DNA from: Lama glama
Lineage: Eukaryota
Direction: 5' to 3'
Length of the DNA stretch: 64,000 nucleotides
Assembly: GCA_028534125.1 (NCBI GenBank)
Contig: CM052817.1
Coordinates: 93,002,001 to 93,066,000, forward strand
This document shows, piece by piece, positions 25,765 through 38,900 of this stretch; positions within the stretch are counted from its first letter, which is position 1, and the number at the start of each line of letters is the position of its first letter. The position numbers and the translations under genes were made by a program. The notes below the pieces were generated by a model. It did not search any database, was not told where the DNA came from, and saw only the letters and a list, made by a program, of their open reading frames with translations.

Positions 25765-27928
25765 GCCTGTAACAGAAACAAACAAATTAATTAATTAAAT
25801 AACAAAATACGACAAACACTGGTGGTTGGGGAGAATCTGATTTCCAGAGCTGCTACATTGTTAGATTCAAATGTCTAGATCTCAACAACAAAAATACCAC
25901 AAAATATACAAAGAACAATAAAGTATGGTTCATTCAAAGGAAAAACTATATCAACAGAAACTGTCTCTTAAAAAGACCTGATGGCAGATTTACTAGACAA
26001 AGACACAGGTGTCTTAAAGATGCTCAGGGAACTAAAGGAATATGTCAAGAAAATGATGGCTGAACAAAATAGAAATATCAATAAAGGGACAGAAAATTTT
26101 TAAAAGAAACCAAAAAGAATTTCTGGAGCTGAAAAGTAGAATAATTGAAATGAAAAGTTTATTAGGATACAAAGGTAGATTTGGGCAGACAAAAGAAAGA
26201 ATAAGTGAACTTGAAGACAGGACAATGAAAATTATTGAGTCTGACAAAGAGAAAGAAAAAAAATTGAAGGAAGGTAAACAGAGCCTAAGGGACCTGTGGG
26301 ACACCATCAAGAAGACAGACATATATATCACAGAAGTCTCAGAAGGAAGTAGGAGAACAATAGAAAAACTCATCCCAAAATTCACATGGAATTTCAAGGG
26401 ACCCTTAATGGCCAAAGTGATCTGACAGGAACCAACAAGCTGAAAGACTCACACTTCCTGATTTCAAAACTTACTATGAAGCTACAGTAATCAGGACAGT
26501 GTGACACTGGTATAAAAACAGATGTACAGACCAATGGAATAGAATAGAATTTCTAGAAATAAACACTCATATCTAGTAAGATTATTTTTGACAAGGATGT
26601 CAAGGCCATTTGATGGGGGAACAGTCTTCTCCACAAATGGTACTTGGAAAATTGGATATCCACATGTACAAGAGTGGAAGTGGACCCTTACCTAACACCA
26701 CATATATCAAAAATTAACTCCAAAGGAATCAAGGCTCTGAATGTAAAATATAAAACTCTTAGAAGAAAGCATAAGGCAAGAGCTTCATGATATCGGATTT
26801 GGCAATAATTTTTTGGATATAATACCAAAGGCACAGGTGACAAAAGAAAAAAATAGACAAATTGGACTTCATGGAAATATGAAAACATTGTGCATCAAAA
26901 GACAGTATCAGTAGAATTGAAACCCACAGAATGGGATAAAATGTATAAATCATTTTCTGATAAGAGATGAATATCCAGAATATATAGAGAACTCCTAAAA
27001 TTTAACAACAAAAAAGAATCTGATTAAAAAATGAATAAAGGACTTAAATAGACATTTCTTCAAAGAAGATATGCAAATAACGAATAAACACATGAAAAGA
27101 TGCTCAACATCCTAAATCATTAGAGAATTGCAAATCAAAACCACAGAAAGAAAGATACCCTCATACCCCTCATAGGATAGCTACCATCAAAAGAAAAACT
27201 TAAACCAAAGCAAAACAAACAGAAAATAGCAAGTGTTGGTGAAGATGTGGAGAAACTGGAACACTTGTGTAGTGTTGGTGAGGATGTAAAATGGTACAGC
27301 CACAATGGAAAACAGCATGGCAGCTCTTCAAAAAATTAAAAAGAATTGCCATATGGCCCAGCAATTCCATTTCTGGTTGTTTTACCCAAAATAATTGAAA
27401 GCAAGGTCTCAGAAAGATGTGACTATGTACAGCCACGTTCATGGCAGAATTATTCACAATAACTAAAACCTAGAAGTAACCCGTGTTCATCCAGTTGAAT
27501 AGATAAGCAAAATGTGGTATATACATACAATAAAATATGATTTAGCCTTAAAAAGGAAAGAAATTCTGACATACACTATAAAATGGATAGACCTGAAGAA
27601 TGTTATGCTAAATAAAATCAACCAGTCATAAAAATCCACCTTGTGCCCTCGTTAATATGAGATACACAGAGTAGTCAAAATTATAGAGACAGAAAGTAAA
27701 GTGGTGGTTGCCTTGGCCTGGGGGAAGCAAAATGGAGAGTTATTGTTTAATGGATATAGTTTCAGTTTTACAAGATGAAAAGGATTATGGCGATGGATAA
27801 TGGTGATGGTTGTACAATACTGTGAATGCATTTAATACTATTGAACTGTGCACTTAACATTGTTAAGATGGTAAATTTTATGTTATATATATATTTTTTA
27901 CCACAAGAAAAAGAATTAGAAAAAAAAT
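25765..27928 (+). mobile_element. L1M (L1MB-like) element: ORF1 fragment fused to ORF2 C-terminal part and 3'UTR
   Basis: Translation 'KERISELEDRTMKIIESDKEKEKKLKEGKQSLRDLWDTIKK' (ORF1p coiled coil) jumps at ~26355 to 'IEKLIPKFTWNFKGPLMAKVI' (ORF2p); L1M 3'UTR ends in an A-rich tail. Confidence 0.9.
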
Positions 27929-27929
27929 A

Positions 27930-28078
27930 CTGTAATGAGTCAAGAGTGGGACCTCAGAAGAAAAGAAAAAAAAACATTCTATTTTAGTATCCACAATGGC
28001 ATTTTTTTCCTGCTTTTTATCAAGTGGCCTTGCATTTGTATTTTTCATTGGTTCTTGCAAATTGTACAGCCAGTCCTG
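27930..28078 (-). mobile_element. MER45-family terminus
   Basis: Reverse complement resembles the element end at 18834 ('caggactggctgtacaatttgcaagaacccaatgaaaaatacaaatgc'). Confidence 0.6.
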
Positions 28079-30319
28079 CAATGAAAGTGTTAGTCAGGCA
28101 TTACAAAAATACCATATGACTGGACCAGCTGAAATATAGTTGAATTAGCCGACAGTCTTCTTCAAGGAGTACAGGCCAATAGGAGCAGTGTTACAAAGCT
28201 ACAGTGCAGCTGGGCTTGCCGGAGCCTTATGCCTGAACCACACGAGCATGGTGAGGCCTGGACAGACTTCCTAGCCAACAACATATCTTAAACACTACTC
28301 ACCACACTAATGAAAATTATTTTAGGTTAAATCACATCACATATTTTAGGCTAATTTTAAAACCCTCTGGTATAGATTTTGAGAACAATATTTTGAAAGC
28401 AGCATCCTCTGGAGTGGTGCATTTCTGATCAGGGCACTTTGAAAGCTAACCAACCAACCCTGGAGTATAGGTTAAAATTCACTTGCATACACATGCATTC
28501 AACCAATTACTCTGACAATATAACATCCAGGCCAGTCCCCCTTGGGAGCTCTAGAACCCTTCCCTTCTGGCCAAACAGGGACTGATTCTCTCCCATTAGT
28601 TTTATGTATATGGAAGTCTATCACATCGTTGAAATAAAAACTAACCCCCCATCCCAATCTTCGCCTCTTCCCACTGCATACGTGCATGTGTGCACGTGCA
28701 CAGACTCACAAACACACCTACACACACCAACACAAGCAGCTGCCTTGACTCCAAGGTATCATTTTTATTCCCACCAAACCATCTAACCTCTTGGTGCCTT
28801 AATTTCCTTACCTATAAAATGAAGACACTAATAGTTACACCTGGAGGATTTTTATATTCTCCCCACGGTCAGATTAAATATTACTTCCCCTGGGAAGCTC
28901 TCCCTGACTTAGGTGTCCTTCCTATTTCCCTTGTAATACTTTCTCTCGCCTTTCACACCACTCATCCCACCCCATTAATGTTTTTCTTGTTTACTTTCTT
29001 AACACCCTGTAAGCCTGGAGATCAGAAAATTGACATATATTACTAACAACTGTCTCTCTTGTGCCTGACAGAATGGCTGCCTAAAAGGTATTAATTTAAT
29101 ATATTTTATATTCATTTAGAAATATCTACATGGTCTATAGCTGAATCTGCTGCTAGATAAAGAAAGTTTCTTACTCAGGCTGTCAATGTTCTTTTTTGAA
29201 AGATGTAGCACTTTCTTATAGCAAGTCACCTTTCTGAACATGTAAGTGCTTATAAGGTTTAGAGATGCCTTCTGGCTAACTTTGCAAAGGACATTTGCAA
29301 TATTATATCTATATATCTTCTTTCCATCCATGTTCCACCCACCACTACCCGCCCCCCCAAGAAAATACATCAATTTGTTTTCTCTGGGCGTCTATGATTG
29401 ATAGCTACAGCAAGAGACTCTCTGAAGGCTTGGTTGTAGCCGCCAAAATGTCATTCAAGCAGGACTGATGAAAGCGAGACTGAATATCACTGTTTACTGA
29501 GTTTAATTGTCCCTGCAAAACCTTCAGATGTTCCCTATGGAAAGATACAGTTACCAGAGTTTAAAGTTCCTCCAGAAACACTTTATTACTTTTTAAATAA
29601 GAATACATGCATGTTATCAAAATTGCCACACGCACAGATACACACACCCCGCTTATTAATACAGTCTTTTAAGATACATTTTGTCCTTTGTGTTCAGTTC
29701 AAAGAACAGGAAACTGAGGCTCATCAGGAGGACTTAACCTGAATCTAGAAGTTAGTGAGAAGAGGGACTGGTGTTAGAGGGCAAGCCCTGGGCCCTTGTA
29801 CCTAAACAAGATGCTTCCAGGATGAAATAGCCTACTCTCAGTCACTTTACATAGTGTGTCATACACATATGAAACTTAACTGAAACTGAAGACTGGGAAT
29901 CCCCTCAGGATTCTGACTTCCCTCTGGGCTTTCCTACTATTAGAAGTCTTGCCCCTCGAGCTGTAGAATTATCTCTAAAAGGGCAGGGGCGTTGAAATAC
30001 AAACTCAATGCCAGTCCATCCTTAGATGCAGACTTGATGATTAACTCTCACAGAAAGCACTGAAATATAACATTGGACTTTATTGTTTCAGAGTGCTAAA
30101 AAGAATTTGTATTTTGGAGTTCATCAGGAAGTACTGAATATTCTTCGTGGTCAAAGGGCAGAGTTGATTTTCCTTGGTATCCTCCATGCCGCAAACTGCA
30201 CCTGGCAGATAAAGGAGGAAGGCTGGCTAGCCTGCTCTAGCCTTCGGAAGCTCACTCTGACAAATCCATCTCTTAATGAGAGGCAGTGCAGATAGCTGTT
30301 AAGTGGACCCTGAAACCAA

Positions 30320-30520
30320 GTTATCCAACTTGAAAGTCCAGGCTTGACAATGCTCATCCATGTGACATTGGGCAAGTTACTTACTTTCCTGAACGTCTAT
30401 AAAGTGGTTTTAATATCATCAGCAGCATCATAGGGTTATATCATTGTAAGGAGTAAATGACTTATATGTGCTTAGAATTAAGTGCCTAGCACTTAACGAG
30501 CACTATATGTGTTTGCAGTT
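30320..30520 (+). mobile_element. MIR SINE
   Basis: 'catgtgacattgggcaagttacttactttcctgaac...tataaagtgg'. Confidence 0.65.
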
Positions 30521-33500
30521 ATTATAAACATGGGTCCTAAGGTCATAACTGTGGATGTCAACCACAGATATTACATGTAAAGGATTAAGTGAGTTCATAG
30601 ATACAACACACACATTTATAACAAAGATATACATTTGGAGCTTATCACTATAAAGAACTTTAATGAAATTACTTTGTGATTATCTGTCCTTTTTAAAATT
30701 GCTTCCCTCCTGCCCCTACCAAAGAAAACTGGTCAGTAGACACTAATCGCTAAGTTCTCATTGTCTATTGTAATGTTTAATTGATCAAGCCAAAACAAAT
30801 ATGGGTAAAGTAATATTCTGACATTCTGAAAGGGAGATGGGTTTCATGATTCATATAGGTTGTGCATATACATTTTACAATGACAGCAATAGTTAGGGAG
30901 AGATTGCCCAGCCCAGATATCTCTTGAAACAATCCTAGGAGAGAATCTTCATTCAAACAAGAGACATTGATTACGACTGATGTTGTAATGGAATTACAAT
31001 GCTGTTATGGAATATATGGTAACTTAAGCATAAACTATAAATACCTATCAGGTACCAATATACAAAATTTTAAAACAATGAATGGAATGATATAGAAAAA
31101 GCTGGTGAAAACCCTTACCCTGCAGTATGGACTTTTTTCACCTGATCTAGCTTTTTCTACTTTTCTTATGTTGGTCCCCCATTGGCCATGTCCTGTAATG
31201 GTACCTTCTGGAACACTGCTTCCTCCTCTCAGGGTTCTTATTTCCATTTGTGGAAAGTTCTTAAGTCATATGTATGTAATTGCTCAAAAAGTTATGGCCA
31301 ACCAAGCTTCCGGACGCAGTTTGCACAGTAGGCTGGGCCCCCGGGTCTGTTCCAGGCTGCCGTCCTTCTCACCTACCTGAACACAGTGGTTTGGCGTGCG
31401 CTGAGCTGGTCTGGAAGGCGCTCTCTGGTCCTTTGCTGGAAAGACAGGCTTCCTGGTTGAGATGTAAGCTGAAACCAAGCTGCTGGCTCCCTTTAGACAG
31501 AAGCGTGGGTGCCAGGATACACTTAACGTGACTTCATACTCTGCCCACTCCAGACTGCAGCACTCTGAGAGAGTTAAGCATTTCCCCATGTTCTGGTCAA
31601 TGTCAATGTGCTTCTCTCGAGTTAACTTGCCATTTGAAAGAGGAGCATTTCCTTCCCGAAAGAGAGACGTCAGCTGATGCACTATATTCTCAGAGTTTTG
31701 AGTGTTTTCCCCTTTGGAAATTGAGATGTCATTTGTAACCTACAATAAATTTTAATATTCTGAACTGTTCAATAACATGCTGAAATTGTCACCATTCCTA
31801 TCAACAAGCATGCAAAACACATCAGTGGAAAATTAAGAAAAAGTGAAATTATTCCCACAGACAAAGATAAGGTCACAGAAAGTCTCACTAAGTCAGGAAG
31901 GGTGTTCAGGGAATGATAAGCACATAGAATCTCAAACAATTCACTGAAACTGCTACACTTTTTTCACAGTGGGAAAAAAGTATGTAGATGAAATAATGTG
32001 ACCCTTTGATATTGAGTTAAACTGAACAGGAAGCATGTTTACAGAGTTAATTCATATAATCACAATTTCACCACTAGAAGAATTTTTTAAAAATATTTTT
32101 ATTGTTTATGTGAAAGATGCGTTCCTTCAAACCTTTAATCAAGCTCAATGAATCATTTCAGCAACATACTATAACATATGCCATCACGATATAACGTCTC
32201 ATAGATCATTCTACTGACAGCTCTCCATAAACCACAGAATAAGTGGAAATAAATCACATTGTCTTCTATTTTGCCTTGCAAGTAAACGTGAATCCTCATA
32301 GAAAAGAATACAAAAGGAAAACCACAATTTGTGGATCAAATGTGAAGCATCATTGAAGACTTTAAAGTTAAGTACTTCATGTGAGAACAGAGCCCATCAA
32401 AGTAATGTTTATTCCACTTTAAAGATGTACAGGATCATTTGTGATTACACATTCCAGTTCCGCAGCTGTCTGGATGCTATAGTGAAGGTGGTTAAAAGAG
32501 GATAACGTCGTAAAACCGCGTGCCAGGCAGTCCTGCACAGTGCTGCAAAATTAATCTTCTTCCAAAATCTAGCTCTGATCACACCATTCCCTTGCCCCAA
32601 AATCTTAACTATTTACCATTTGCCTAAAGAATGAAGTTTCACTGTGTAGCTGTTCTCTGACGCCTTATGCTCCAGACAAACTTCGTTATTCCTTTAACTT
32701 CCCACTCTGTGCCTCTGTCCACAGTCCTCTCTGCTAACAATTTCTTTCCCATCTTTATGCGTTCAAATCCTAGGTAACTTTTAGGGCTTGATCAAATGCC
32801 AAATTGTTATGAATCTTTCTTTCCATACAGTTCTTCCAAACCCCTGCCTAGGATAAATACTTTCTATCCTAAATTACAATTACTTTCATAAATGCCTTTA
32901 CTTCTTTACAAAACCATAAGCCCTATGAAAGCAGAATCCAGAAATGACTTTTAGAATGCCTTAGAATGCACTGGATGGAGTAGCCTCTGACTGACGTTAC
33001 GTGATGTATCTTTGGGATTAAAAGCAGTTGATTCTCATTTATGTGATTCTTTCCTTTCATGCTTTCTTGTGTCTGATGCTCATAGAGACAGAGGGTGGGG
33101 CAAAGGAGGAAATACTCAAAAGCAGGGAGTTCACTCTGGTTTCTTTTTTAGAAAAAAAAAAGTGACCTACCTTTTTATCTTCCCAAAAAGTACCTAACTA
33201 CTCATTTACTTACCCACATTTCAAATTTTGAATTAGTCACTTAAACCCCAGAAACAAATGAGTCAAAGCAAGGCAAAATGTCAAATAAACCTCAGTTAGA
33301 AACAATACAGAAAATTTCCTTTAAGTGGAAGGGAAATAAAAATGCAAATGGAGCATATGACTTATGTCCTCAATATGTGAACATACAGTTAAAACAGAAG
33401 GCTTGCCAAGTTGAATGAATTCTCACAATTCCCATTAAAAAGCACCATCTTCCTTAATGATAAAAAAGATACATTTTAAAGTATTGCAAATGTATAAAAT

Positions 33501-34429
33501 TAGAGAGGATCTGATATTTAGTTCAAACAGTCAGTAAAATTCATGCCAAAATAAAATTGGAAACAGTAATTATATACATAGCTCCATATTTTGGAGGGAG
33601 GTCACACTTTAGAGTTCAGAATAAAGGTAAATCCTAGACTCCCTAAGCAGATACTTTTCCCTCCCTAATTTAAAAACAGAAATTTGTCAACCTGCTTCAT
33701 ACATCAGCTTCAATAAATTACAGGACAGAAAAATTTCACTCAGATTGAAAACAGAGTGATGTTAACTGGACAGACCATGTCTTGTCTTCAAATACTCACC
33801 TCCAGCATCAGATATTGAAAAAAAAAAAAAAACTTTCAGTACCTTGACATTGTTGAAGGCAGAATTTGTTCTGGTGAGTTTTTCTTCCCTTTCAATCTTT
33901 TGGGAGAACATTTTCAATTATTTTAAGCCAGCAGAATAATAAAATCCCCAAAGTTTTACTATCCACTTTTCCCCAGAGTACTGTTAAATTAATGTGTGAA
34001 AGCCTAGAAAATTTAAGGATCTGTCTTAGAATTGAATGACTATGAAATTTGGACCCTCTCTGGCACATTAAATGCCCAAGGATATCTGTCTGACTCTCAT
34101 TTTAATAGTAACTCTCACTTGACCTAAACTCATGCCCTATGTAATGGACAATATCATGGGCAGGGCTTGCAGTAAATTTCATTCATGAAAGTGGTAATAG
34201 CATGTTCTAAATTTTTAAAGCGTGGGGATTCATATTTTATTTTATATTTTGTACTTGAACCTGTACAACATGATGAGTATCAGTTCAACCAAATGTTGCC
34301 TTTGACTCTGTTTTGCCATCTGATCACAAATTGCTTGTATTCTGTCAATAATGTTTTCATTAATTTATCCATGCTCTACATACTCTCTCATTGCCTCTGA
34401 TCCCACTTTAACTAGGTTCCCGTCTGCCG

Positions 34430-35400
34430 TGAGTCAAATGAACTGCTTCCCTCAAGGGCCACTGATGATGTACTAAATCCCACACTCTCTTCTTAGCCAT
34501 TCTTCTTGGCCTCTCAGCAGCACTTGGATCATTAGCCACCTTCTATTTCCTGAAACTCTCTCTTCTTCTATGAATCTGATTACTCCTATGTATCTTCCAT
34601 GAGTCTTCTCCTATATCTGATCACACTTTCCTATTTCACTTTACTAATTAGAACTTCTAATCCCTGAGTACTGGCATGTCTCTGGGTTTTCATCCTGGCC
34701 CCTTCCTTTCTATTCTTTATTTCCTTGAGTGATGTTAAAGACAAAACAGAGCTGAACAGTAGTTAGGGCAATAAAACCAGAGTTTATTAAGTAACTATTG
34801 TAATATGAGAAAAGAAACTTCACTGTAGAACGGGGCTCAATTCTGAATACAGCATGGACAAATGGGAATTTATGGCCAAGGAACAGGACAGGGGTCTGTG
34901 GTTAGAGAATTAGTAAGAGGAAACACCAGGAGTAAGGGGGGATCCCGGCTAACCAAACTTAACAGGATTCTTATTGAAAGCCAGCTGGGGTGACCAGATA
35001 TCAAACTGGGGGATAAAGACTTTTACCAGTTATCAAGAGTGATCAGATATCAAGGGTAGGAGATTCCCTCTAAACTGACTTAACAAAATTATTGCTAAAA
35101 CTGGGGAATGCAGGCTCGACAAGGGTGGCCACTCAAGCCCAAGGTTGAAGTCCAGAGGGCTTAGAGGAGCCTGACTAAAGGGGAGTCAGAGAGACAGTCT
35201 TTATCAGTGATGCCCTTCTCAGTGGTACAAGTACATCTCAGTGCAGTACCAACATACGAATTTCTATTTCTAAATGTATCCTGAATGTGTCCACCTCGAT
35301 GTTCTGCAGACCTCTCAAGACTGATAGGCCCAAAGTGAGTGACTGTCCTCTTCTACAAACCTGCCTTTCCTCATTAGATATTGCCAGTTTTATTCATGGC
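34430..35400 (+). mobile_element. L2 fragment split by an LTR
   Basis: Pyrimidine-rich L2 motifs 'ggcctctcagcagcacttg', 'cctgaaactctctcttc', 'tccacctcgatgttc'. Confidence 0.6.
34733..35206 (-). mobile_element. ERV1-class solo LTR (MER31/MER67-like) with 4-bp TSD
   Basis: TG...CA termini flanked by GTGA on both sides; minus strand starts 'tgataaagactgtctctc...tttagtcaggctcctctaagccc'; AATAAA on the minus strand near 34785. Confidence 0.8.
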
Positions 35401-35424
35401 CTCATCTGCTCTTTCATTTACACA

Positions 35425-36882
35425 TTTTTCATTGAAGTATATTTGGTGTACAATATTACGTAATTTATAGGTGTACCATATAGTGATTCACCATTTTTAA
35501 AGGTTATACTCCATTTATAGCTATTATAAAATATTGACTGTATTTTCTGTGTAGTACAATATACTCTTTTTTCCACTTTTTATATATATTTTTATTGAAG
35601 TATAGTCAGTTTATAATACAATGTATCCTTCTAGCTTATTTTATGAATAATAGTTTGTACCTGTTAATCTCCTGCCCCTATATTGCCCCTTCCCTCTTCC
35701 CTCTCCCCACTCATAACCACTAGTTTGTTCTCTACATTTGTGAGTCTGCTTCTGTTTTTTTATATTCACTAGTTTGTTGTATTTTTTTTTAGATTCCACA
35801 TGTAAGTGATATCATACAGTATTTCTGTTTCTCTGTCTGACTTATTTCATTTAGCGTAATACCCTCCAAGTCCATGCATGTTGTTGCAAATGGCAAAATT
35901 TCATTCTTTTTATGGCTGAGTAATATTCCACATCTTCCTAATTCATTCATGCATTGAGGGACACTTAGCTTGCTTCCATATCTTGGCAATTGTAAATAAT
36001 GCTGCTATGAACATTAGAGTGCAATGTATCTTTTCCATTTAGTGTTTTTGGGTTTTTTTGGATATACACCAAGGAGTGGAATTGTTGGATCGTATGGTAG
36101 TTCCACTTTTAGTTTTTGAGAAACCTCCAACTGTTTTCCACAGCGGCTGCATCAATTCACATTCCCACCAACAGTGTATGAGGGTTCCCTTTTCTCCACA
36201 TCCTCACCAACATTTGTAATTTGTGTTCTTTTTTATGATAGCTATTCTGACAGGTGTGAGGTGATATCTCATTATGGTTTTGATTTGTGTTTCCCTCATG
36301 GTTAATGATGTTGAGCATATTTTCACGTGCCTGTTGGCCATCTGCATTTCCCCTTTGGAAAAATGTCTATTCAGTTCTTCTGCCCATGTTTTAATCAGGT
36401 TATTTGTTTTTTATTGATGTTGATTTGTATGGGTTGTTTATATATGTTGGATATTGTTAAACTTGCCCTACTTCCCAAGGCAATCTACAGATTCAATGCA
36501 ACCCCTATCAAAATACCAGTGACATTTTTCACAGTAAATTTTTATGGAAACACAAAGGACCCCAAATAGCCAAAACAATAATGAGGAAGAAGAACAGAGC
36601 TAGAGGAATCATGCTCCCTGACTTCAGACCAAACTTAAAAGTTAGTTGTCAAAAGAGTATGGTACTGGCACAAACACAAACACATAAATCAATGGAACAG
36701 AATAGAGAGTCCAGAAGTAAACCTACACAGTTATGGTCAATTACTCTATAACAAAGGATGCAAGAATATACAATGGAGAAAAAACAGTCTCTTCAGTAAG
36801 TGGTGCTGGGAAAACTGGACAGCTATGTGTAAAGAATGAAATTAGAACATTCTCTAACTTCATACACAAAAATAAGCTCCAA
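35425..36882 (-). mobile_element. 5'-truncated L1 with 5' inversion
   Basis: Antisense 3'UTR and ORF2 end 35425-36452 ('KKNEILPFATTCMDLEGITLNEISQTEK'), then sense ORF2 36453-36882 ('[16 protein letters not shown]'). Confidence 0.85.
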
Positions 36883-37815
36883 TATATGTGAAAAGATGTT
36901 CTGCATCATCTGTCAGTAGGGGAATACAAATGAAAACAATGAAATACCACTACACACCTATCAGAATGGCCAAAATCTGAAACACTGACAGAATGTGACA
37001 AGGATGTGGAACAACAGGCATTCTCATTTATTGTTAGTGGGAATGCAAACTGGTACAGCCACTTTGGAAGACACATTGGTGGTTCTTTACAGAGCTAAAC
37101 ATACTCGTCATATGATCCAGCAACCATGCTCCTTGGTGTTTACCCAAAGGAGCTGGAAACTTAGGTCCTCACAAAAGCTTACTCATGGATGTTTGAACCA
37201 GCTTTATACATAATTTTCAAAGCTTGGAAGCAACCAATGTCCTTTAGTAAGTGAGTGGAAAAATAAACCATGGTACATTCAGACAATGGCATATTATTCA
37301 GCACTAAAAAGAAATGAGCTATCAAACCATGAAAAGACACGAGGGAACCCTAAATGCATAAGCACAAGAAGTCATCTGAAGAAAGCTACATACTGTATGA
37401 TTCTAACTATATAGCTTTCTAGAAAAGGCAAAATTATGGAGATGGGGAAAAGGTCAGTGGTTGCCAAGGGCTTAATATAGTTAAATAGGCAGAGCATGGA
37501 GAGTTTTTAGGTCAGTGAAGCTATTCTGTCTCTAGGTTCTATTATATGATGCTGTAATGGTGGTTACATGTCATTATACATTTATCCAAACTCTTGGAAA
37601 GTACAACACCAGGACTGAACCTTGATGCAAACTTTAGACTTTGGGTGATAATGTTGTATCAGAGTAGGTTTATGGATGCCAACGAATGTACCTCTGGTGT
37701 CGGGTGTTGGTGTGGTGGGTAGGAAGTATTTTGCAGCTCTCTGTCCTTTCTACTTAGTTTTGCTATGAACTCAAAGCTCTAAAAAATTAACTTCATTCCA
37801 AAAAAAAAATTAAAA
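36883..37815 (+). mobile_element. L1MC-like ORF2 end and 3'UTR
   Basis: 'taccactacacacctatcagaatggccaaaat', 'gctacatactgtatgattctaactatat', 'gactttgggtgataatg', A-rich tail. Confidence 0.8.
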
Positions 37816-37849
37816 ACCAAAAAACACATGGGCACCCCATTACCTGCCT

Positions 37850-38900
37850 TCACCTCTTACCCTGACCTTACCTTAACCCTGCCTGTGCGTTGAGAACACT
37901 TGGTTTGGAGGCGAGATACCCATTTTCCTTATTTTCTATTGCTGCCCCTGGAATCTTACTCTCTTTCCCCTTGCAAACCCCCTGCTCTCTTCATTGAACA
38001 CACATCCTGACGTATCCCCTGTTCTTCTAATTTCTGTCATCTCTGGAGCTCTTTACTTCCTGAAGTTGGTATTTTCTAACTCCCAGTCTTTCTTGGAGCT
38101 CAGTTCTTTCCACTACTCCTGGTAGCTGCACCAGCCACGGGGATATCCAGTCCAACACCTTGTCCGTCTTCTTCTCCACTTCTGATAAAACTGAGAACTT
38201 GTCCTGCCTCCTTTTGAAGACTTGTCCTTCCATAGCTGCTCAAGGTTCTGGCAGCCTTGTCTATCACCAGCGTAAGGATTTTGTCCACTAATCACCACCT
38301 CTCTTCTGGACCTTAAATGTATTCCTTACTATTGCATTGTTACCATCATCATAAAAAGACCTTCCTTAATCCTGCATTTCCCTCCAGGTTCTAGCCTATT
38401 TCTCTTTTCGTCCTCACAACCTCCATTTAAAATAAATAAAAATTGTATTTTGATCATTCCCATCTGTAAAAGCCTTTTATGACTAACTTGATGCTTTGCA
38501 TAAAATCCAGTCTCCTAACAATGGTTTAAAACACCAGAACTGATCTGTCTACCACCCACCTCCCTATATGCCCCTTTCCCCTAACCCTCTGCATTCAGGC
38601 ACACAGGCCTTCATTTCTCAAACATGCGAGGTTTATTCTCACCTCAGATACTCAGCACATGCTCTTACCTTCTGATTGTACCTGTCTTCTCTTGTTCTTC
38701 CCACAGCTGAATTCTTCTGTCTTCCAGGGCTCAAGTAAATCTCTCTCTCTTAGAGCTTGCCTGACAACCTACCTAGTCTCATTTATCTCCTTCTACCAAT
38801 TCATCATTGCATCCTACTCAGTGTTTATTATGATTTGTATTTATAGATTAATTTGTTTATTTTTTTGTTTATTTCTCCCTTTAGACAGTGTGTCCTTTAG
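37850..38900 (+). mobile_element. Fragmented L2
   Basis: Pyrimidine-rich text, e.g. 'taaaatccagtctcctaacaatgg', 'ggcacacaggccttc'. Confidence 0.45.
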
